The notes under the pieces: model-generated
What the model was told of the DNA's origin: nothing
Databases searched by the model: none
The model's input: the letters and a program-made list of their open reading frames with translations, nothing else
Program-made: the position numbers and the translations under genes
Shown: in pieces, positions 1 through 12,181 of the stretch
How the letters are laid out: each line of letters opens with the position of its first letter
How positions within the stretch are numbered: position 1 is the stretch's first letter
Assembly: GCA_001938485.1 (NCBI GenBank)
Contig: MQRK01193510.1
Coordinates: forward strand, 1 to 64,000
Source: Girardia tigrina
Taxonomy: Eukaryota
Length of the DNA stretch: 64,000 nt
Direction of reading: 5' to 3'

Positions 1-28
1 TATAGTGTACCTCCTTGGTACATTTTGT

Positions 29-69
29 GACCTGATGATGGGATTTTTATTATCTCGAAACGCGTCGTC
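29..69 (+). ncRNA. Minimal type I hammerhead ribozyme (Penelope-type)
   Basis: GAC(29-31)-CTGATGA(32-38)-t-GGGAT/ATCTC stem II-GAAA(57-60)-C-gc-GTC(64-66, cleavage triplet)-GTC(67-69, pairs with GAC). All core nucleotides are present. Stem III is the palindromic ACGCGT typical of minimal PLE hammerheads. Confidence 0.8.
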
Positions 70-1176
70 TTATTTTTATCCCTATTATATAGATTTTACC
101 ATACATTGTATATATATATTTATTTATTTATTTTTAAATTATTTAAACAAAAATTGTTAATTATTCTAATTTAGATATCTGTTAAATAAATTCCATTTGC
201 AATTTATTTAAAATTAATCCCCATTAATCCATCTTTATCAGCATTAATCAATCAAATTCTTGGAGTCTTGTCGACATTGATAGACAAAATACACGTATAG
301 CAATCTCTGTTAATTATAGAATTTATTAATATAAATAATAATATAATAAAAAATATTACGACGACTTTAAAAACAAATTAACTGACTTTGTCTTATCCAG
401 ATTAATTCGAAGAAAAATATTTATATATTTATATTTCTTTACATTCATATTTATATGTAACCTTATTGAATGTTTACACAATTCAATTTAAATGTTATCC
501 TAACTGTTATTTATGTGGATTTGTTGCTGCTGGAAGAATAATTGGGAGATTCCTCATCAAACTGTATTTTATTGATTCTGCGAGATTGCAGATGCATTTA
601 ACAGCTAATTAAATCATTTCTGATTAATGAAACAATCTTTGCTTTTCTTTCGGTAAATTACGTTTCCATTTTTCCTTGAATTAATTAATTGAAACTAATA
701 GTAAATTGAAAATGTTCCAATTTCTAAAAAAACCGATTTTTATTTAAATTAGAAAAAATTAATGTCGAAATAAAAAGATTAAACTGAAAAGAAATTCGTT
801 TTACAAAACGCAATCAAAAAGCAAATATTATCTAAAAATAAGTTTTCCTTTGCAAAATAAATATTCCATTGATAAAATTAAAAAAATTATAATTATAATT
901 CACTTTAAAAATGAATTTATTTTTGGTTTAAAATTTACTTGTAATGGAAATATTATTTATTGGATTTATTTCGTGTATTTTCAATGTATAAGACGACATC
1001 CCATTGTTGGACAATTTTTTTAGGGATAAAGGATCGTCTTATACATCGAAATATGCGGTATATTTAAAATACGTAAATGATACGAATGTAACACTTTTAA
1101 CATTGTGACACATTATAACATAGAATGAAAACGTTTCGACAAAAGTCCTAATTACAAGAGTTAAGTAAAGACTTAT

Positions 1177-1290
1177 TATATATATATATATATTATATAT
1201 ATATATATATATATNNNNNNNNNNNNNNNNNNNNNNNNNNNNNNNNNNNNNNNNNNNNNNNNNNTATATATATATATATATATATATATA
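1177..1290. repeat. (TA)n microsatellite spanning an assembly gap
   Basis: TA dinucleotide runs flank an N gap. Similar (TA)n tracts, mostly next to gaps, occur at ~3129-3336, ~10582, ~21254, ~32391-32502, ~39408, ~45314 and ~61181. Confidence 0.95.
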
Positions 1291-1339
1291 TTTAGTAACT
1301 ACCCGACCTGGTAAAGAAAAAGATTTCAAAAACAGCAAT

Positions 1340-2330
1340 TTTCATAACTTAACAAGCATAACATTTGTAAGCATCATTTACACTCCGCACATATCCACTA
1401 AAGAAAGATTAACTCATAAAACACATTTTATGAGTTTTTGGGAGGTACATGTTGCTAAGAAAGCTTCCATGGCAACCTTCAAAACGTGCCTCTAAAATAC
1501 TTCTTCAAGTGTCTGAAGGTTCATAAATTGCTCGGTGCCAAATCTTGGCTGTATGGCCGATGATCTAAAAGCTGCAGTCAGACACTTTCTATTGTGGCAC
1601 AAGATATACCCGCTATGTACACTTGTTCATTTTCGTGGATAAACCATAGTAGTGTGTTCTGCTTCTAGTTATTATTTTACTCCATTACCATGAGTTGGTT
1701 GTAATAGACAACAGTGATTATGGTGGCTTAGTCCGCGAAATTCATAAGAATATCATCTTTAATATCTCAGAAAATGGAAAACATAATTGCTCACCCTTGA
1801 CGTGTCCTCATTCTCATTTTTGGAGATAGATGCTAACTGATGCTTTGGTTCCAGCAAATGCGTGCTAAATTTCATCCTTCATAATTAAATTTTCAAGAAA
1901 GTCTCGACGTGTTTCTCTCATAGGTTTTAGTTGTTCTGACTGCACTCCAAGTGGTTTTGCATCATTTTTCCTGTTGAGAAGCGGAGAACGAATCTGGAAC
2001 ACAGTTTCCTGATACCTATGAATTTTGATTTGACGTGAGCTGTATCAACATTGATGTTGAGCTTTGTTGACAGCATTTTCAAAGTAATTGGATACTATTC
2101 TTGGATAATCATCCTCAATTTTTATCAACTGTGCAAACATTTCTAGTTACTGTTCTGATTTTTCTTGATCTAAAACGGTGGATAGAGTACACGAAAACTC
2201 TCTGGCCCTGTATTTAACAGTTGTCAGAGATGTGGAGTTATATGGGTATGTTAACTGCAACAGATAGTAGATTTCACTGTATGTATTCTTCTGCAACTGA
2301 AATAATCGCACTTACAATAATTCAAAATGT
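1340..2330 (-). mobile_element. Degenerate mariner transposase relic
   Basis: Minus-strand reading gives HTH-like 'SLTTVKYRAREF...VLDQEKS' near 2150-2240 and 'RPYSQDLAPSNL' (mariner YSPDLAPSD) near 1525-1560. Many stops and frameshifts. Confidence 0.7.
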
Positions 2331-3298
2331 CACAATAAAAATTTTAATGCGCTTGATAAAATTAAACAATCACTGAAATTAAAAAATATATTAATTTATT
2401 TAATCTCCTAAAAATACTTAAAATTGCTATTATATTTTTTCACCTTAGGTACTTTGAATCCACACCGCGTATATATATAATCATAATTTATGTTTAACTA
2501 ATTTTTTTAATATTTTAAAAAATTAAAATTAATATTATCAAGTTTTTTTGTTTTCACAATAATCTTTAAAGCATTTTTGTTCCTTGATAAATTATAAAAG
2601 TGAGCTGTATTTTACTTTTATTTATTTTTTTCTGGTATAATCAATTTTCTTATTTTATTTTGGAATATTATCGAATTTTTATTTTTCGACAATATTATGT
2701 TTATTTAAGTGTTTTTCTATTTTCAGTTGACTTTGGTTAATTTGATCGTGCTTAATAATTTAATTTCCAAAATAATTTCCAATAATTTCCAAAAACTATT
2801 ATCCGATTTCTGATTTTAATAAACTGGGAATTTTGTACATGTTTGTATAATGCACGGGATCCTTTAAAATAGATAACGATTGTTGATTGATAACATTAAA
2901 GATAATTAATAATTATATTAAGAAGAGTACATCATTAAGGGATTGTAGATTAAAGCTCAAATTTCAAAATGTTATAATAAACTTTTTTTATACCGGGATA
3001 TTACTAAATGACCAAAACATTTTTTACTTTAACCTTAGTTTAGAAAATAATTTTAGTATAGAATACTTTTATAAAATTTCTCAGTTTTTTTCTCATTCAA
3101 GAAATTTCGAACATGCTTGTTGATTTGAATATATATATATATATATATNNNNNNNNNNNNNNNNNNNNNNNNNNNNNNNNNNNNNNNNNNNNNNNNNNNN
3201 NNNNNNNNNNNNNNNNNNNNNNNNNNNNNNNNNNNNNNNNNNNNNNNNNNNNNNNNNNNNNNNNNNNNNNNNNNNNNNNNNNNNNNNNNNNNNNNNNN

Positions 3299-3340
<42 letters not shown>

Positions 3341-3946
3341 CCACTGGATACGAAATAAATAACAATCGTTTTTTGAAATTCTAAAAAGGACAAATCCTAC
3401 GAAATAAATATCGTCTACTGGATTTCATTTTCTCAAACTCTATTTATTAGTTTAATGTAAAGAGAATGGCTCATAAGTTGCAAATACATGACATTTTCTT
3501 TCAAAATTCAACCAAGAAACGAAAATTTAAACAATGATTATTGTTTCGGAATAAATTTTTATAATATTATTATAATATTATCACTATTTTATACTTGAAG
3601 CATCTCTCTCTTCTTTGCGCAAAGACAATTCGAATCATTGTTATTTAAATAACAAAGGCTGAAATATTTGTTGCCTTTATCTATGTATATTTGGAAATAT
3701 ATAAATGATAATATAAATAAAGTCAAAAAGAAAATTAAAAATAATTAAATTTAAAAATTGGTTTTTTCAATTTTGTTTGTTTAAATGAACAACAAATTTA
3801 ATTATCATCGATGACTCATCGAGTAATATTTTCATTTACTAATTTTGGTGAGTAATCGTGCAATTCCTCGAACAGTGCCAAGTTCAAGGCCAGTATGTGT
3901 GTCGGTTATTAATCGAGCCACTGAATGAAGTGACTGAATAAAATGG

Positions 3947-3977
3947 CTCGCTCTAATAGGTTAACCAATCATAGGGA
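3947..3977. repeat. Dispersed palindromic motif (consensus CTCGCTCTGATTGGTTAACCAATCAGAGCGAG), copy 1 of 4
   Basis: Related copies at 13972-13999, 33463-33492 and 50147-50177. Confidence 0.65.
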
Positions 3978-5507
3978 ACTTGAAGCCAGACATTTACCTT
4001 CCAAAATGTATCTTGTTACAAATAGTTTTTTGGACCACAGTTTCTTTTCTATCTTGAGGTCTACTTTGCTTTTTTTGAATAGAAAAGATTATTTTGTTAG
4101 ATTCAAAGTATTATAGGGGATTTTTATTTACATTTGTCAGGTATTTTTATTAGAAAGTCAATAATCATGGGGTAATAAGAAAATATGTCAAAAATAATAA
4201 TTTTACGACTTGTATATCTGTAAAAATCAAAAACGTCGTTGTACATTGAGAAAAATACTCTGTTTAATTAAAATCCATTTGTGGTATATTGATATGACTC
4301 TCTGAAGATATAGTTCTCCATTACTTTTACTGTTTCTTTTAGTATTTTCTCTGCCAAAACATTTGAAAAAAATTATAAAACTAAGAATAAAAACTCACAA
4401 GGATCTGTCAGTTTAAAAAGTAATATAATATTAATCAGTTAAGTAATTTTCTCGATAAATAATCGCCTTTATTATCTTACAAAATCATTTAAACCATATT
4501 AAATAGAATCATTGTAATATTTGTATTTTCTAAAAATAATTTTCTTTCGAAAAAATTCCTGGAAATAAATGTATCATCATATTTGCTGTCTTCAATCATA
4601 ATATAAATCATTATATAAATAAAAACTTTGTATTTTATTATTCAAATATGTATTTTGCTGTCCTTTATTCAAACAACCACGTTTTAAGAAGGTGGATTTG
4701 TTTTTAGTTTATGTAATACATAAAAAATAACTAAATAAATTTTCATATTTAATATTTCAAAAATCACAAAACATTTTTATAATTCAATGTTCATTATTAA
4801 AACCTAAGAAATATAATAAAATATTTTTATCACAATAAGGATCTTTTATTCCATTATACTTTTGAAATAGGTTTGTTATCATCAAATAGCAGACTCCTTC
4901 TTGAACAATGGTTCTATCTTTCGTCTGAATCACGAAGCATAACACTCGAAAATTAAAAAATATTTTCTGAGAATAGAAATCGTAAGCTCAAATTGAATAT
5001 TAATTCTATAAATTAAATTGTTAACAAAAAGTTCAAAATTTCAAAGTTCATTTTATCTTCATCTTTTCTATTAATATAATTATTAAATATATGTTTTAAT
5101 TTTTCAAAACATCTAAATCAAGATACAATATTAAATTTTTCTTATCATTTTCGACTTTCAAATAAGGAAAATAGTACATTAAATTAGGAACTAAATATAC
5201 AAGGTTTGACGTGATATTGTTCTGCCGGGTTATCTGTATCATTGCAATACCGCTCATCAAGATTCATTCATCGAGACTCATTGTTTGATATCTCACCTTG
5301 ACTGCAGGTTCACTACTCCCAAAACCTTCACACCAACATTTGTAGCTAGGCCTTTAAGTAATTGATTGCTAGTCACGTTAAGAATACGATCACTTCCGGG
5401 TTTCGAACAGCAGACGGATACAGCCTCAATACTTAAGCCAAGAGACGAACTCTAGTTTCTCAGGGATACCATTTGAAATTATGTTGCCAAAGCAACTTAT
5501 CCCCATG

Positions 5508-6323
5508 AATATATGTGTGGGTATCTAATCTATTTCGAATGATATTGAGCCACTATGCTCTTTAGAGGGTTCACCCAAACTAAAGAGTGCTAGATGCCCC
5601 CCGATAGGCCTCCTACGGGGACGGAGTGCTTCAGTCTCCAAAATTTCTTGGGCTCCCCTGTTGCAAACGACCAATCATGGATTTTGGTACCATGATTGAG
5701 CATCCCTTTGGCTGTATTGTTGGACTTGGGACAGCCGCGACAGGGACAGTTGAACTCTCCCCTCGCATTTGGATCTGCGATCCAAAAAGACAAATGTGTA
5801 TTTTCGGGACAAGTCGTTTGCTTCACCACCGTTTAAATAGTCGGGGTGACTGTTGCTGGTTGAAATTCGGTCGTTTGGATGAATGTGGGTTCTTCGTTTC
5901 AGTCTGGATTGTCGCTTCTTCTTTTGGATCGCGCTGATGATTCTGGAGGATGTTAATTGATATTCTCCCTCACTTCTATTCGATGATCTTTACTCAGATG
6001 CCTCGTGAACCATCCTTTCGTTTTGTAACTTTTGCCGCATTTGGTACATTTGAACCGTTTTTCATCTTTTGGGAGCTGAAACTGGATGCTTACTGAGGAT
6101 TCCGTGTGATCCCGCTTGAGATGTCTATTCAACTTCTTTTGTTTGACGAAATCCTGAAAGCAACATTCTATTCTACATTGAAGGAGTTTATCTTTCTCAT
6201 TGATTAATTTCGGCAGATCGGCTCTTGTTTTATTCTGCTTCCCTTCTCTTATTAAGGAGTTTATGTATTGCTCTCTTTCTATAGTGGGGTCTCTGTGGAT
6301 AATGTGGTGTATGAAGTCTCCAT
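5508..6323 (-). mobile_element. LINE copy B: 5'-truncated 3' end with three C2H2 zinc fingers and 3' UTR
   Basis: Minus strand reads LQCRIECCFQDFVKQKKLNRHLKRDH, FKCTKCGKSYKTKGWFTRHLSKDH and GEFNCPCRGCPKSNNTAKGMLNHGTKIHDWSFATGEP. The 3' UTR is homologous to that of copy A (6460-6545). Confidence 0.85.
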
Positions 6324-6452
6324 ACGTTGCAAGATGGAAGCTGCCTCAAGATTAACAGACTGGCTTACGCGGACGATCTCTGTCTGATAGACACCAACTG
6401 GAACCATCTTATCAGAAAACTAAATCTACTGAATGACTCATTTGTAGATTTA
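6324..6452 (+). mobile_element. Inverted LINE reverse-transcriptase fragment
   Basis: + strand QDGSCLKINRLAYADDLCLIDTNWNHLIRKLNLLNDSF (YADD catalytic motif), opposite in orientation to both flanking LINE copies. Confidence 0.85.
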
Positions 6453-6459
6453 AGACCAA

Positions 6460-9400
6460 ATATGTGTATATGTGTGGGCCTCCAATCTCTTTCAATGGTA
6501 TTGAGCCTAAGGCTCTATAGAGGGTCCACCCAAACTAAATTCCTTAAGGGCTTTCGTTAGGCCTCCTACGGGGTCAGTGGCCTTCCGCCTCTGAGCAGTC
6601 GGTTTGCCAGTTATAAACGTCCAGCCACGGAACTTGGTACAATGGCCATACATACCTTTGGCTGTTACGGTGGACGCGTAACAGCCAAGAAATGGGCACT
6701 TGAATTCTCCACTTGCTGTCGAGTAGTCGACTGGCAGTCGGTATTGCAGGTACGGCTTTTCTTCTGTATCGTCATTTGTCTATATCCTCGACATACTCAC
6801 AGTTGCGTCCGGTAACTGAGAGTTGGATTGGTTTGATGTCGGCTCTTTCTCGTTTTCTCTTTCCCCGTTTTCTTCTCTCTGGGCGTTGGATATTGGCGGT
6901 TCTTGGTGATTCTTCTGAATGTGAATCCTTAGGAATCCAGCATTTTTGTATTCCTTCGGGCAATGTTATTTCTTTTCTCTTTGTTTTCGCGGGATTGAGT
7001 CTGCTCCATCGTGATCTCTTCTGAGATGCCTGTTCAATTCCTTCACTTCTGCATACTGTCTATGACAGACATCCATCGGGCAGCTGTATTCTTTTAAACA
7101 AGATAACACCAGTCTCAGTGTTTTCTCGTCCCCACTCCTTTGAATTCTTCTCAGTCGGTATATCTTCTCGATCTTTCCATCCATCTTCAGTAGATTCTCT
7201 TGCAAAATGTCTCTCTTAAATTCCCCCAAAACTACACTCGGCCCCAAAGAGCCAGTGAGTGTCCACTCTGAGACATTCTGCCAGATGTTGCTTTTTCCAA
7301 CCGCTGATCTTCTTTCCTCCGATGAGTTCGCATCCACTGATCTGTTTGACGTTCTCTGGGCAGTCTCCTAAATCGATTTTGACATTGTGGATGATTCTTC
7401 TCCGCGCAATGATATCCATTGGGCTTTTTAGTTCAATAGATATCTCATCCATCCTGATTCTTTCAGCTTTTAATATCCCCAGAGTTCGCCGAGTGCACAG
7501 ATTGTGAAATGCTTTCAGCTTTTTCACGTGTGCTTCGTTTGTTTTCCAGTTTTCACAGCTGTAGTAAACCACCGGGAATACACAGTTGTTAATTATATTC
7601 TTCTTGTTCCGGAGAGACAGCTTGTTGTTCTTCAACACTGGTCTGATCGTTCGTAGTTTCGCTGTTTCTTTCTGAATCGTGGCCTTGATGTCCATACCTG
7701 AGTTTCCCCCACTCTCAATTATCGATTACAGGTAGCAGAATTCGTCCACCCATTCAATTCCGGCATTCAACTCGTTCCTTGCCGTAATGTATTTTGCTCC
7801 ATTGAGATTCAGGATCTTCGTTTTCCCAATGTTTATTTTGAGCCCCATATTCAAGAACGCAGTGTTGAGACTCGTCAGATTTCTTTCGATGTTTCCAAAG
7901 TCCTCATCCAGTAAGCACAGGTCATCTGCATAAGCAAGCCTGTTCATGGTCAGTTCTTCCCCATTGTAGTTCAGTTTCACACAGCTTGATAGTCCCTTTT
8001 TGATTGCGGTGTTAATTGCATGATCAAAGACAAGATTGAATAATAGAGGTCCTAATACGCAACCTTGGCGGACTCCTTTGTCCATTCTGAACTTATCCTT
8101 TCCTATGCTGCCCGTGAAACATTCATGAAACTTCATGATAATGCTCAGCATTCGATTCTGTATTCCAATTCCTTGAAGACAGTTCCAGAGAACTTTCTTG
8201 GGTACCCTATCGAATGCCTTTTCAAGGTCTATAAAGATAGCAAAAACATTTATATTCCGGTATCTGGCCTCTTCTTGTATCTTTCGTATGATACCTATTG
8301 CATGCGCCGTTCTTCTTTTTGGTTTAAAACCAGTTGTCCAGTATCCTTTAAAGATGTGGCATTAATCTATTTGCAATGATTCGGGCCATGATCTTTCCTC
8401 CTATATCAAGTAGGAATATTCCTCTATAATTGTTGAGTTCCTTCTTGGACCCCTTTCCTTTGTATAGGATCACGACCTTCGCCGTTTTCCAAGCCTCCGG
8501 GAATTTCGCTCTTCCCTCCCATATGTCCACGAAACATTACAGGATCTTTTCAGTTAACTGGAGACCGCCCCACTTATATAGCTCTGGAATGATACCGTTG
8601 TTTCCAGCAGCTGTACTGTTCTTCAATTGCCCCATAGTACTTACTTCTTCTAAGTGCGGTGAGTAATCGATGTCTAGTGTTTGGTTCTGTTCGATATCTA
8701 CGATATAATCTCTTTCGCTCTTCTTGAATAGATGTGAGAAGTGCTCAGCTAACACTTCGCTTTCACAGTGCTCTGCACAGTACATAGAGGGGATTCCTTT
8801 GTTTCACTATTGCTGAGGACTCTGAGTTCCGTGTATAACTCAGAAGTCTTCCCCATACATGTTCTATTGAGAATACCTTCTATCTCTTGTCCGATTTTTT
8901 CAATCCTCTCTCTTTTCCACTTCCTCAGATACCGCAAGGTGTTCAATTTTGAAGCCTTCCATATTGAATATGTCCTTTCACATCTATTCTGAATGTACTC
9001 CTTCTTTCGTTTCCATTTCTCCTGCAGTAGTGGTTTCAGTTCTTCTAGGTGCCCGTGTATCCACCTTTGATCGAGCTGGATTTTTTTCTTTCGGTATCTT
9101 TTCGTGGTCTTTAAGATGACCTTGTCCAAGTCATCCAAACTTTAGACATTCAGACAAGCCTGCCCTATGTCACTACATATGGCCACTTTATTGTTCTGCA
9201 AGGAGAACCTGTCAATTTTCCCTTTACATTTCTTCTTTCTATCGTTTGCCAACTTGAGTATCTTATTGTTGTTGGCGATCCATATCGTTAACACGACTAA
9301 ATCGTGGTCTGAGCCGCAGTCAAAGTTTGGATAACATTTGACGTTACTTATTCTATTGCATCTGCTCTTTTGCGACAGGAATAAGTCCAATAATAGCCTT

Positions 9401-9868
9401 TTCTTCGTTGCTGGGTGTGTCCAGCTAGTTCGTTGCGCCAACTTGTGTTTGTAGAAGGTGTTCTCTACTCGTAAGTTGCACGCGTCGGCCAGATCTATTA
9501 ATAGACCTCCGTTTTCTGATGTTACTGTTGAACTATGTAACACCAAACTTTTTTACCATTTTCCACCGTCCGATTAAGTCGACAGTTGAAGTCGCCTCCA
9601 ACTATCAATTCGAATTTTCTCTTCTCAGCTTGAACCGTTGCCCTTTCAACATGTTCATGCAATGATGCAAAGAAATCCTCCTTTTCCTCACTTGAGTATC
9701 CGCTGTGAGTCGGAAATGTGATCGATATTTGGGGTATGTGAGATAGGAAAACTCTCTCGCTGATCTATTTATATTCGATATTCATAGAATCTTTTGATTT
9801 TAACATCATGGCTACGCCTCTTACTCTTGTGCCACTCGTACTGCTACTAAGCACGATGACACTGTAGA
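6460..9868 (-). mobile_element. LINE copy A (RTE/CR1-like): APE endonuclease, RT and C-terminal C2H2 fingers; frameshifted and 5'-truncated
   Basis: APE motifs 'GVAMML', 'IVGGDFNCR', 'SWTHP', 'GSDHDLV'. RT motifs 'YKGKG..NYRGIFLL', 'GVRQGCVLGPLLFN', 'LAYADDL', 'FCYL'. Fingers 'YSCPMDVCHRQYAEVKELNRHLRRDH', '(C)PKEYKNAGFLRIHIQKNH', 'GEFKCPFLGC...GWTFITGKP'. Ends in a CACATA-type short tail. Confidence 0.92.
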
Positions 9869-10073
9869 ATCATTAGGTGCTCCGACGGACGTCGGTCGCC
9901 CATGCAGTTAGCGGAGAGAAGGTCCTCAAAGTGCACTGATGATGGTTTTCTGCGACTCAGGATTATTGCTTGTTGAGATCCATGTACGGTGTTGCCGATT
10001 CAGTGTTGAAGTATTCTTGAAACTCCATGAGAATGGATGGTGGAAGGTTGGCAGTGACGTGAAGGAATTTCAT
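9869..10073 (-). mobile_element. Ty3/gypsy-type gag fragment
   Basis: KFLHVTANLPPSILMEF...TPYMDL/KQAII...FEDLLSANCMGDRRPSEHL (one frameshift), matching the gypsy gag pattern 'PY..LK.AI...LGDR(R/K)PS.LL'. Confidence 0.7.
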
Positions 10074-10156
10074 AATCTAATAATTTTTTCTAATGATTAA
10101 AAATAATTTTTTAATGTAGCAAATGCAGTTTACAAGTTTGTACTTGTAAAGTTATT

Positions 10157-11553
10157 ATTATTAAAGTTATGGGAATAATAGCCAAAGACAACATAACATG
10201 CTTTTCAATCCTAAACAAATCTAATTCAAGAAATTTAAAATGTCTAATATCGTATTAAGTTTATTACAAGAAATCATTAAAATTCAGTTTTATTATTAAC
10301 CCATTAAGTAGCAACTTTGAAAAATAAAGAGAAAAAGTTTTTTTTAAAAAAGTAAAAAAGAAAACTTTTAAATAAAAAATCAAAAATGTGAGCAACGGTT
10401 TATATGAAATGACCAAAAGGGTAATGAAATTATTTAAAAAACTAAAACTACATGAATACAAAAATATTTTTTTCGTAATGTCCTATAAATAGTTCGCTGG
10501 GTTATAATGGGTTAAGAGAGAAATACATTAATATGGTTTTTAAATGAGAGCATATTTCCATTCTTTTTATGAACTATAGGTATATATATATATATATNNN
10601 NNNNNNNNNNNNNNNNNNNNNNNNNNNNNNNNNNNNNNNNNNNNNNNCCATGGAATTTAGTAACCTGTTTTTGAAGGCTTTTTACTCAATCGATTTTCTT
10701 CAAACTTCGCCCACTCACTCATTCTCGATGACAATAAATGATTATGTAAAAAACTTTTTAAGATCCCAAAGTGGGAAAAGAAGGAAAATTCTGGGTTCCA
10801 GAACAATATTAATTGCAAGATATCTACTTACAATTTTATAAGTAGTTTATATTAATTTTATTATATTTTTAATTAAAAGTTGTTAAATGTTAATTTTTTT
10901 AAATTTTAAAAACTTTGTTGGCAAAGTAGAGTTCTGTCTGCATAAAGAATGGATATAGAAATTTTAATTTTTGATTTACTAGTTTTGTATTTTGTTATCA
11001 AAACATCAACAGTTAAATATTTTGTTTGGCTGAGTGATGTTGTTGGACCATTTAGTACCCATACTCTAGTCGCGTAAACTGGTGACTAATTGTAACAAAA
11101 AATTTAACCATGATTCGCGAAAAGAAGGACCCCTTGTTTTAATTTATAAGTTAACACACGAAATATTTTTTTTCTAAGGAAAACAATCCACTAAAATATT
11201 TTTCGTGAAATTGTCTTTCTATTTAAATATATAGTTATCTGTATTTTATTTTTGTATGTATAAGTTTTCAATAATTATAAAAGTAAACGTTGTTTACAGC
11301 CAAAATATTAAGTGTTTGGCATTATTTGGAAATTTCAATCTAATTTACATTTCAATAGTAATTCTTTTGAGAGAGGAATTGAGGAATTACTAAATGTAAG
11401 TTCTTTAAATTTCAAAATGAAACTTCAAAATTTATTTTCAATATTAAAAAAATTAAAACAGCATTCAATATTATCATTTGTTATTCTCCAAAAAATTATT
11501 AAAGTTATGGGAATAATAGCCAAAGACAACATAACATGCTTTTCAATCCTAAA
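10157..11553 (+). repeat. Perfect 59-bp direct repeat pair (10157-10215 and 11495-11553)
   Basis: attattaaagttatgggaataatagccaaagacaacataacatgcttttcaatcctaaa is present identically twice, about 1.34 kb apart. Confidence 0.9.
10296..10515. mobile_element. piggyBac-type MITE
   Basis: TTAA-CCCATTA ... TAATGGG-TTAA ends; non-coding AT-rich interior. Confidence 0.6.
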
Positions 11554-12181
11554 TAATATGTATTTGCTTCAATAATATGTGTATTCCTAATATGTGTATT
11601 ATTACATTGTAATTTATATAATAAAACCAAATTTTTTATTCGTGTATATTATTTCCTATACAATATTAATTGAAGTTTAAATTTATATATAATCATAATA
11701 TATTAGACACGTTCTTCGTATGAAAGATAATTGTTGCAAGACGGTTAGATAGTTGAACGTATTTGGATTGCTTGTCAGCCCACTGATTACACTAACAGTG
11801 TGACCCAAGGTTTACTCTATTAAGTCCTGTTGAGGATTTAAATGATTGAATAAGGTGTAAATAGTTTTTTTGATGACAAGCAATATGCGACTAAAATAGA
11901 TTGTGATAACCACCGACTGAGTTATTTCCCTGAGACAAACATTTAGCAAAACTTTCGTCGATCGGCATATCGATTTTGTCTCAAGCGACAAATTTTGTTA
12001 TTTTTCCTGTATTTATATAAATATTTGGAAACCATCTGGACAACTCTCCTTCAGATCATCAAAAGCTACATTAAAATCTTCTGAAAGACAAAATATTAGT
12101 ACAAAAACATATTTGATATATTTTAATGGCTTTGTCGTCTTGAGACAGATTAGATAAACTTTCGTTTTGTATTCGTAACTA

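Noticed and set aside
1039-3393. IYIYIY-containing ORFs (also at 21139, 39327 and 44797)
   Set aside because: Translations of (TA)n microsatellites and gaps.
5626-8992. Plus-strand ORFs overlapping the LINEs (5626, 6713, 7259, 8065, 8430, 8768)
   Set aside because: Antisense shadows of the LINE coding sequence with no recognisable motifs.
9935-9960. CTGATGA as a possible hammerhead core
   Set aside because: No stem II, GAAA or stem III follows. It lies within the antisense strand of the gag fragment.
11700-12170. Possible Merlin/ISXO2-like relics (also ~29030-29300 and ~53500-53700)
   Set aside because: Only faint motif resemblance and no TIRs found. Cannot be supported without an HMM search.
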